This document shows, piece by piece, positions 19,686 through 26,798 of a stretch of DNA of 48,923 nucleotides. The notes below the pieces were generated by a model, which saw only the letters and a list, made by a program, of their open reading frames with translations, was not told the origin of the DNA and searched no databases. The translations under genes were made by a program, and so were the position numbers. The first letter of the stretch is position 1, and each line of letters starts with the position of its first letter. Source of the DNA: Microbacterium sp. (GTDB lineage Bacteria > Actinomycetota > Actinomycetes > Actinomycetales > Microbacteriaceae); assembly GCA_040392075.1 (NCBI GenBank), contig JBEBWQ010000001.1, positions 1-48,923 on the forward strand, written 5' to 3'.

Positions 19686-20807
19686 ATGACAATCGAACTC
19701 GCCCTGGACGCTGACACGAGGACGCTGGGCGCTCCTCGGGTCGACGTCGGAATCATCGATGTAGACATTCACCCGGTGCCCCCTCCCGGTGCGCTGGACG
19801 CGTATCTGCCGAAGCGCTGGCGCGATCACACGGAGCAGTTCGGCCGTCGTCAGCGGAATGGGCTCGACTCCATCGTGGAGAACCCGCCGGTCTTCGGAGG
19901 AATGAGAGGCGACGCCTGGCCGGCGAACGGCAATCCCCCGGGATCGGATCTCCCTCTGCTCCAGGAGCAGCTGCTCGATCGCTACAACATCCAGCTCGGC
20001 GTCATGGAGTGCCTGGACGGCGCTGCCGGTGCCATCCAGAATCCGGGCCTCGCGGAGGCTCGTTCGCGCGCCATCAACGATTGGCAGCTCGAGAACCTGG
20101 TCTATCCCGAACCGCGACTGCGTGCCGCGATGGTGGTGCAGCAGGAGCATCCCCATCTCGCGGCCCGGGAGATCGATCGCATAGGTGATGACCCTGGGGT
20201 GGTCTCCGTGCTCTTCGGGGCACAGTCTCTCGAACCCCTGGGCAATCAGAAGTACTGGCCGATCTATGAGGCGGCGGTCCGCCACGGGCTTCCTATCCAG
20301 GCGCACGTGTCACAGGGCGGAGGCCACCCCAACACCGGCACCGGGTGGACGTCCTACTACGCGGAGTACCACGTCGGTCTGGCCCAGACCTTCCAGACCC
20401 AGGTTCTCAGCCTGATCACCGGTGGAGCTTTCGACGAGTTCCCGGACCTGAAGTTCCTGCTCGTCGAGGGGGGAGTTCTGCACCTTCCCGCTTTGCTGGA
20501 ACGCTTCGATCATCACTGGGAGAACTTGCGTGCCGAAGTCCCCGAGCTCTCGCGGAAGCCGTCGGAGTACATCCGGGATCACATCTTCGTCACCACTCAG
20601 CCCATCGAGGAGCCGCACAAGTCCGAGTTCCTCCTTGAGATCATCGAGGAACTGGGGACGGACAACGTGCTCTTCGCCTCCGACTACCCGCACTGGGATT
20701 TCGACGCACCGGATACCTCTTCCCTCCCCCATCTGCCGCCCGACGTGCAGGACAAGATCCTTCGGGGAAACGGGAAGAGACTCTTCGGACTCGAGGATCC
20801 GGCATGA
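19686..20807 (+). CDS. Amidohydrolase-fold protein, probable dinuclear catalytic oxygenase subunit (AibH2/PtmU3-like)
   Basis: DVDIHP, QAHV, EYH, VEGG, TTQPIEEP and ASDYPHWD motifs. Confidence 0.8.
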   Translation: MTIELALDADTRTLGAPRVDVGIIDVDIHPVPPPGALDAYLPKRWRDHTEQFGRRQRNGLDSIVENPPVFGGMRGDAWPANGNPPGSDLPLLQEQLLDRYNIQLGVMECLDGAAGAIQNPGLAEARSRAINDWQLENLVYPEPRLRAAMVVQQEHPHLAAREIDRIGDDPGVVSVLFGAQSLEPLGNQKYWPIYEAAVRHGLPIQAHVSQGGGHPNTGTGWTSYYAEYHVGLAQTFQTQVLSLITGGAFDEFPDLKFLLVEGGVLHLPALLERFDHHWENLRAEVPELSRKPSEYIRDHIFVTTQPIEEPHKSEFLLEIIEELGTDNVLFASDYPHWDFDAPDTSSLPHLPPDVQDKILRGNGKRLFGLEDPA

Positions 20808-21292
20808 CGCGGTACATCGTGGGGCGCGCCGACACGGTCCCGCCCGGGGAACGCCTGATCGTCGAGATCGAAGGCCGGTCCATCGGTGTCTTCAACGTCG
20901 GTGGCGAGTATTTCGCGCTTCTGAACCAGTGCCCGCACGCGGGCGCTCCGTTGTGCTCGCATGGCACGCTGTTCGGTGCGGCGGAGGCGGATGAGCCGGA
21001 CGGAGAGGTCCGGTACACCCGTCACGGTGAACTGCTTCGCTGCCCCTGGCACAGATGGGAGTTCGATCTGCGCACAGGGCAGTCGTGGTTCGATCCGCGC
21101 AACCTGCGAGTTCGGCAGTATGCGGTCGACGTGATACCCGGATCGCCCGAAGCCGTCACGGATCCGGATGGCGGCCTGCAACAGGGCCCGCACATCCTTG
21201 AAGGGTACGACGTCGAGATCACCGACGACGAGTTGCTCGTCATCGACACGAGCCGGCGCAGACAGGGAACGCAGGCGCAGCGCGGACAGTGA
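20804..21292 (+). CDS. Rieske [2Fe-2S] ferredoxin
   Basis: CPHAG...CPWH ligands, WEFDLRTG; ATGA overlap. Confidence 0.92.
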   Translation: MTRYIVGRADTVPPGERLIVEIEGRSIGVFNVGGEYFALLNQCPHAGAPLCSHGTLFGAAEADEPDGEVRYTRHGELLRCPWHRWEFDLRTGQSWFDPRNLRVRQYAVDVIPGSPEAVTDPDGGLQQGPHILEGYDVEITDDELLVIDTSRRRQGTQAQRGQ

Positions 21293-22332
21293 TCGATCCG
21301 GCGAGACGAGACGCCGAGCGGGTGCATACCCGTTTCGAAGGCGGCAGACGTGGCGAGGAGGAGGTGTCCATGGTGACAGGATCAGCGGTGGGGGAGTACC
21401 GCACCGTACGTGTTGCGGCCGTCATTCCGCAAGCAGAGGACATCGTCTCTCTGATCTTGACTTCGGCCGACGGCAGTCCTCTCCCGGAATGGACCGGCGG
21501 CGCTCACATCGATATGCTCCTCAAGGAGGGGCTGGAACGGCAGTACTCCCTCTGCGGGAGCCCGGACGACCGTGCCCACTGGCGTATCAGCGTCCTCCGC
21601 GATCCGCACAGTCGTGGGGGCTCGGCGTGGATCCACTCCGAGATCCACGTCGGTGACCGCGTGAAGGTCCGCGGGCCTCGCAACAACTTTCCGCTGATCA
21701 GCGCGCAGGAGTATCTCTTCATCGCCGGAGGGATCGGGATCACCCCCTTTCTGCCCATGATCTCGGCCCTCGAATCTGCCGGTCAGAGCTGGCGTCTTGT
21801 CTATGGCGGCCGGCGGATCAGCTCGATGGCATTCGTCGACGAGCTCTCGGCGTACGGGGACAAAGTCCTTCTCTGGCCGCAGGATGGACGCGGCCTCATC
21901 GACCTCGAGTCGCTCCTTGCGAGCCCCAGACGCGACGTGGCCCTCTACGCGTGCGGCCCCGAGGCTCTCCTCGGAGCGGTGGAGGAGCGATCTGCGCACT
22001 GGCCCTCGGACGCGCTTCATCTTGAGCGCTTCCGACCGCGGGCCGGAGCCCTCGAGGGGGTGAACAGCTCCTTCGAAGTGGTCCTTGACACGTCTGGCCT
22101 GTCCATAACGGTCGAGCCGACCCAGACCATCGTCGATGCCGTGCTCGAGGCGGGTGTGCACGTGCCCACGTCCTGCCGCGAAGGCACGTGCGGGACCTGC
22201 GAGACGTTCGTCCTCGAGGGCATCCCCGACCATCGCGACTCGTACCTCACGCCGCAGGAGCGCGAGACCAATGAGGTGATGATGGTCTGCTGTTCGCGCG
22301 CCAAGACCGCTCGGCTCGTCCTGGACCTCTGA
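21289..22332 (+). CDS. PDR/VanB-family flavin/[2Fe-2S] reductase
   Basis: RQYSL, SRGGS, GGIGITP, CGP and CREGTCGTC...CCSR motifs; start could be ATG 21370. Confidence 0.93.
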   Translation: MIDPARRDAERVHTRFEGGRRGEEEVSMVTGSAVGEYRTVRVAAVIPQAEDIVSLILTSADGSPLPEWTGGAHIDMLLKEGLERQYSLCGSPDDRAHWRISVLRDPHSRGGSAWIHSEIHVGDRVKVRGPRNNFPLISAQEYLFIAGGIGITPFLPMISALESAGQSWRLVYGGRRISSMAFVDELSAYGDKVLLWPQDGRGLIDLESLLASPRRDVALYACGPEALLGAVEERSAHWPSDALHLERFRPRAGALEGVNSSFEVVLDTSGLSITVEPTQTIVDAVLEAGVHVPTSCREGTCGTCETFVLEGIPDHRDSYLTPQERETNEVMMVCCSRAKTARLVLDL

Positions 22333-22398
22333 CGTCGTCGGAACTCTGACCTCGCGCCCGATTCTTCATCACACTATTCGCAGAAAGCAGGTAATCCC

Positions 22399-23853
22399 AT
22401 GTACGAACAGCGCCAATTCTTCATCGGGGGTGAATGGGTTTCCCCCCACGCGGAGGCGATGATCTCCGTGCTCGATCCAGCGACGGAAGAGCTCTCCGGA
22501 CGTTTCATCGATGGAACCGAGGCCGACATGGACCGCGCAGTGGCAGCGGCCCGGCAGGCGTTTGACAGCGGCCCGTGGCCGAAGATGTCCCACGTGGAAC
22601 GCGCGGAGGTTCTGGCGGCCGCCGCAAAGCGGTTGCGCGCCCACGGGGAGGAAATGGCATTCACGCTGACGGCCGAGATGGGCTCTCCTATTTCGCAGTC
22701 CATCCACGCTCAGATGCCGATCGCCGCTGGCTTGTTCGAGTACTATGCGGGCTTGGCCGAGGAGTTCACGTGGGAGACGCGGCGGCCCGCCCATGATGAG
22801 GCGAACCAGGGTTTTGACGTTCTCGTCCGCAAGGAGCCGGTGGGCGTGGTGGCCGCGATCGTCCCGTGGAACGGACCGCAGATCGTTGCGGGAATGAAGC
22901 TGGGCCCTGCGCTGCTGGCCGGCTGCACGGTGGTTCTCAAGCCGTCCCCTGAAGCGACTCTGAACTTCGTCAAGTTCGCTGAGGCGTTCCGGGAGGCGGG
23001 CCTTCCCCGCGGGGTGCTGAACATCGTTCCCGCCGGCCGTGAGGTCGGTGAATATCTCGTCACTCATCCCGGTGTGGACAAAGTGACGTTCACGGGAAGC
23101 ACAGCCGCAGGACGACGGATCGGCGCGTTGTGCGGTGAGCGGATCCGCCGTTGCACGCTTGAGCTGGGCGGAAAGTCGGCAGCGATACTGCTGGCCGATG
23201 CGGACCTCGACGTCGTCGTGCCGAACCTGATGGCGCCATTGATGTTCATCAGCGGCCAGGCGTGCAACGCGCAGACCCGCATCCTCGCGCCCCGTGAACG
23301 ATACGATGAGGTCGTCGATGCTCTCGTGAGCGCGGTCGATGCCACCCCGTACGGGGACCCTCGGGATGAGCAGACGTTCGTGGGGCCTCTTGCTTCCCGT
23401 GCCCAGCGCGACCGCGTGATGGGCTATATCGAGATCGGTAAGAACGAAGGCGCCAAGGTCGCCCTGGGCGGCGGCAGGCCGGCAGGATACGACAAGGGCT
23501 GGTACGTCGAGAAGACGGTTCTCCGGGATGTCGACAACTCCATGCGCGTGGCTCAGGAGGAGATCTTCGGCCCGGTCTTCGTCGTCATCCCTTACGAGGG
23601 CGTGGACGAGGGCGTCGCCATCGCCAACGATTCGCCGTATGGACTCGCCGGGTCGGTGTGGACCAGCGACGATGAGGCGGGCCTTGCTGTGGCAAAGCGT
23701 GTACGGTCCGGGCTCCTGGGCGTCAATATCTCGACCCTGGACAGCGCGGCGCCGTTCGGTGGTTTCAAGAACTCGGGTATCGGTCGCGAGCGTGGTCCCG
23801 AAGGAATAGATCCGTATCTGGAGATTCAGGGGGTCCTGGTTCCTTCTCGGTGA
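22399..23853 (+). CDS. NAD(P)-dependent aldehyde dehydrogenase
   Basis: PWN, FTGST, LELGGKS, catalytic Cys in GQAC, EEIFGP and PFGGFKNSG. Confidence 0.95.
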   Translation: MYEQRQFFIGGEWVSPHAEAMISVLDPATEELSGRFIDGTEADMDRAVAAARQAFDSGPWPKMSHVERAEVLAAAAKRLRAHGEEMAFTLTAEMGSPISQSIHAQMPIAAGLFEYYAGLAEEFTWETRRPAHDEANQGFDVLVRKEPVGVVAAIVPWNGPQIVAGMKLGPALLAGCTVVLKPSPEATLNFVKFAEAFREAGLPRGVLNIVPAGREVGEYLVTHPGVDKVTFTGSTAAGRRIGALCGERIRRCTLELGGKSAAILLADADLDVVVPNLMAPLMFISGQACNAQTRILAPRERYDEVVDALVSAVDATPYGDPRDEQTFVGPLASRAQRDRVMGYIEIGKNEGAKVALGGGRPAGYDKGWYVEKTVLRDVDNSMRVAQEEIFGPVFVVIPYEGVDEGVAIANDSPYGLAGSVWTSDDEAGLAVAKRVRSGLLGVNISTLDSAAPFGGFKNSGIGRERGPEGIDPYLEIQGVLVPSR

Positions 23854-24037
23854 CGAGGGGAGGTTCCGCGCGTCACTTCGGGGTTCGCGGCAGCGGTGAC
23901 CCCCGAGGACATGGCGCCTCGACATAGCGCTTCGATGAACCGGGGAGAAGAGTCGGTGCGATGCGTGCGCCGGTCCCTCGGCGGGACGGGAGCATCGGGA
24001 CCGCCTCGGCCCGGCGGATCTGGAGAAAGGCGGCGGT

Positions 24038-24979
24038 GTGCCTGACTATCGAAGCGCCAGCATCCGCGACGAATACCGGTTCCCCATCGAGGAGCTGGCC
24101 GTGCGCCGGTTCGCGGAAGCAGCGTGGGATGACAGCCCGCGGTTCTGTCTCTCGGGCGGCAGCGCTGCGGGGGATGTGCCGCTGATGTTCGGATGCCTTG
24201 GCGCAACCCTGACCGGACGGGTGCACCCGCTGGAGAGCGTCGGCTTCGATGTCGCGCGCTCATTCCACGGCGAGGAGACGATACTGCTGTACTCCCCGCT
24301 GCGCACCGGGACCACGCTTCTCGTGCGAGATGCGACGCTCCGTCTTCCGGATCTCGCCGGGAGGCGCGGCGGTGCAATGCATCGCACCAGGCGGCGCAGC
24401 CTGCTGGTGGACGAGGCCGGCGATGTCGTCGGGGTGGTGACACGGACCATGTTGGAGACGGCCAATCCGCTGATCGGCTCGGCACCGACCGAAGATGCAT
24501 CCCTCTTCGACGACGGGTTGAGGGTTCGCGCAGACCCTGTCGATGCGCAACCGACTCCTCTCCGTGCTGTTCGCAGCGGTCAGACTCTTCCGTTTGGGGA
24601 GTTCGGCCCCCTGACCCGCGCGGATTTCGTCCGCTACAGTGCCGCCAGCGGCGACCTCACGTCGATCCACTATGATGAGAATGCGGCACGATCGCGCGGC
24701 TACCGCACGACGTTCGCGATGGGCATGCTCTCCGCCGCATTCATCGGCCATATGGTCACGGACTGGTTCGAGCTTGAGTATCCGTGCCGGCTCTCCGTCA
24801 GATTCCAGGATCAGGTCTGGCCAGGAGACACGCTGGTGATCACCGGGGATGTCGTGACGGCGGACGAGAAAAGGGTGATCGTCACCATCCGTTGCCGTTC
24901 AGGTCGGGGACCGGCAACGACCGCGGTTCTCGAACACTGGAGGCCGGGAGCGCCTGCGCCCGGCCCGGATGACTACTGA
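24038..24979 (+). CDS. Double-hotdog MaoC-family (de)hydratase
   Basis: N-terminal MaoC-N (VRRFAEA, HGEE); C-terminal YSAASGDLTSIH, AMGM and VWPGDTL. Confidence 0.82.
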   Translation: MPDYRSASIRDEYRFPIEELAVRRFAEAAWDDSPRFCLSGGSAAGDVPLMFGCLGATLTGRVHPLESVGFDVARSFHGEETILLYSPLRTGTTLLVRDATLRLPDLAGRRGGAMHRTRRRSLLVDEAGDVVGVVTRTMLETANPLIGSAPTEDASLFDDGLRVRADPVDAQPTPLRAVRSGQTLPFGEFGPLTRADFVRYSAASGDLTSIHYDENAARSRGYRTTFAMGMLSAAFIGHMVTDWFELEYPCRLSVRFQDQVWPGDTLVITGDVVTADEKRVIVTIRCRSGRGPATTAVLEHWRPGAPAPGPDDY

Positions 24980-25009
24980 TATGTGAAGGATCCACCGCCA
25001 GGTGAGAGG

Positions 25010-25045
25010 GACGAAGCGCCGCCGGGCTATCGGCGGCGCTTCGTC
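25010..25045. terminator. Hairpin between convergent genes, probably a bidirectional terminator
   Basis: 15-bp perfect stem GACGAAGCGCCGCCG/CGGCGGCGCTTCGTC with a 6-nt loop. Confidence 0.8.
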
Positions 25046-25279
25046 GTTCGTCCCGGGCGCCGGTGCGACCCCTCTTCAGGGCTGAACCGACAGGACTGCC
25101 GTCGGCGGAGCCCGGCTCTCTCGCCGCCGGCGTTCGCGAAGCGCGTTCGGACGGGTGAGAAGCGGAAAGTCCCCCGCATCGCTGCGGAGGACTTTCGCGC
25201 TCCTCGGCGCTACCGAGGCCGGCCTGCGGAAGAGTCAGGGCCTGGTCAAGGTACCGGTGCCGCGCCGATGCTCTCGCGG

Positions 25280-26539
25280 CTATTTCCCGAGCACGTCGGC
25301 ACGGACGACCTCGAGGAGGCCGGACCAGTCGACTTCTCCGCCATCCTTGAAGGACTGCAGCAGGTCAGGTTGCTGACCTGCAGGAGGAAGCGAAAGTCCC
25401 ACTTCAGCCGTCAGAACCGTCAGCCAGTGAGCAAGAGAATCCTCGTAAGACTTCACGAAGCCCGCGGGATCCTTCACACCCGCCGGTGCATTGTCCGCCA
25501 TCGCGGCGCGAGCTGCCTCCTGGTGGCGAAGGAGCGCCGCGCTCAACTCGTCCGGCATCGGCTGGGCGATCAGCCCCTGCTCTTCGACGCCTTCGACGCT
25601 GAACCGGGTCATCGCCTCCATGACGCTCGTGACGCCGGCTTCGAAGTGGGTCAGACTGGCCTCGCGGAAGATCTGCTGGATCTCGGGGGAGAGGGAGTTC
25701 CAGACGTCGAGGTTCATCACGTTCACGTTGCCCGGGAAGGCGCTGAACGGCTCCGGGCTCACGTACTTCGCCACTTCCCACAGGCCGGCGTCGGCGAGTG
25801 CGAACGGAGGGTTCACCACGCAGTCCAGCACGCCGCGCTGCAGGCTCTCGTACATCTCCCCGAACTCGGTGAACGCCCCCGTCATGCCGAGTGATGCCAC
25901 CTCCGCTTCCCAGACGGCACCGCCGATGCGGGCGCGCATCCCCCGGGCGACCTCCGGCGAGTCGATCGGCTTATTGCAGAGAGCGTAGAAGTTCGGCGAC
26001 GAGGTCCCGGTCAGGACCTTGAGATTGTGATCTGCGAACTCGGCGGCGAGGGATTCGTCCGTCATAAAGGTCTCGAAGGCCGCGGCGTAAGCCTGGAGGT
26101 AGCCGATCGGGTAGGAGCCCTCCTGGGCGCTGCCCATAGGCAGCATCCAGTTCGCGATCGGGAGTTCTTGCGGGTGGAACGATGTCGAGACCCATCCGAT
26201 GTCGGCGATGCCCGATCCTACGGCATCGACCGTCTCGGTGCCGGGAAAAAGCGATGCCGAAAAGAACTTCTCGAACGTCACCTTGCCGCCCGTGCGCTCT
26301 TCGATCTCATCCAGGAAGGCCGCGGCGGCCTTCCCGTTCGCGTCGCCTTCGGCAACGAAGGATGCGTAGGTCAGCGTGATCGGTTCCATGTCTGCAATGG
26401 CCCCCCCGGCGCCGGGGACCCCCGTCGCCTCGGCATCCTGAGCTGCGCTGCCGCCGCTGCATGAGGCCAGCAGCAGGATCCCTGCGGCCAGGCCTGCGGT
26501 GACCTTGGCCCCTATCCCCACTCGTCGCAATGCGTTCAT
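25280..26539 (-). CDS. dctP: TRAP substrate-binding lipoprotein
   Basis: Lipobox LLLASC; EIEERTGGKV, GIADIG, GMRARI, EMYESLQRGVLD and WNSLSPEIQ. Confidence 0.88.
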   Translation of the reverse strand: MNALRRVGIGAKVTAGLAAGILLLASCSGGSAAQDAEATGVPGAGGAIADMEPITLTYASFVAEGDANGKAAAAFLDEIEERTGGKVTFEKFFSASLFPGTETVDAVGSGIADIGWVSTSFHPQELPIANWMLPMGSAQEGSYPIGYLQAYAAAFETFMTDESLAAEFADHNLKVLTGTSSPNFYALCNKPIDSPEVARGMRARIGGAVWEAEVASLGMTGAFTEFGEMYESLQRGVLDCVVNPPFALADAGLWEVAKYVSPEPFSAFPGNVNVMNLDVWNSLSPEIQQIFREASLTHFEAGVTSVMEAMTRFSVEGVEEQGLIAQPMPDELSAALLRHQEAARAAMADNAPAGVKDPAGFVKSYEDSLAHWLTVLTAEVGLSLPPAGQQPDLLQSFKDGGEVDWSGLLEVVRADVLGK

Positions 26540-26615
26540 TGGATCGACTCTCCTTTGAATCGGTTACAGAATCTGGGCGATGGCGCCCACCAGGACATGG
26601 ACGCTTCCCCGCCCA

Positions 26616-26633
26616 TGTGTTAGACAAACATAC
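26616..26633 (-). promoter_or_regulatory. Candidate dctP promoter/operator GTATGTTTGTCTAACACA
   Basis: Inverted homologue of 26741-26758 and 18472-18489. Confidence 0.6.
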
Positions 26634-26740
26634 TCTACTGACATGTTCCATTGGTGGGGATTGCGTCGGAGATGATAACAGCTTGGTCTCGGTGGCCTCG
26701 ATCGCCGGGCTGCGCGGGATGCTTGCCACAAGCGCTATCT

Positions 26741-26758
26741 GTATGCTTGTCTAGCAAG
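26741..26758 (+). promoter_or_regulatory. Candidate promoter/operator GTATGCTTGTCTAGCAAG
   Basis: TATGCT -10 plus CTTG-N5-CAAG dyad about 40 bp before the start codon. Confidence 0.65.
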
Positions 26759-26798
26759 TACGCAGGTTGTAGGCGTGCACATGAAGGAGTGTGAGTAA

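Noticed and set aside
18537-20807. Ordinary hydrolase/decarboxylase annotation for the amidohydrolase pair
   Set aside because: Does not explain the coupled ferredoxin and reductase that have no other electron acceptor; disfavoured, not excluded
24983-25894. 303-aa plus-strand ORF after MaoC
   Set aside because: Crosses a terminator hairpin and lies antisense to dctP; Arg/Pro-rich with no motifs
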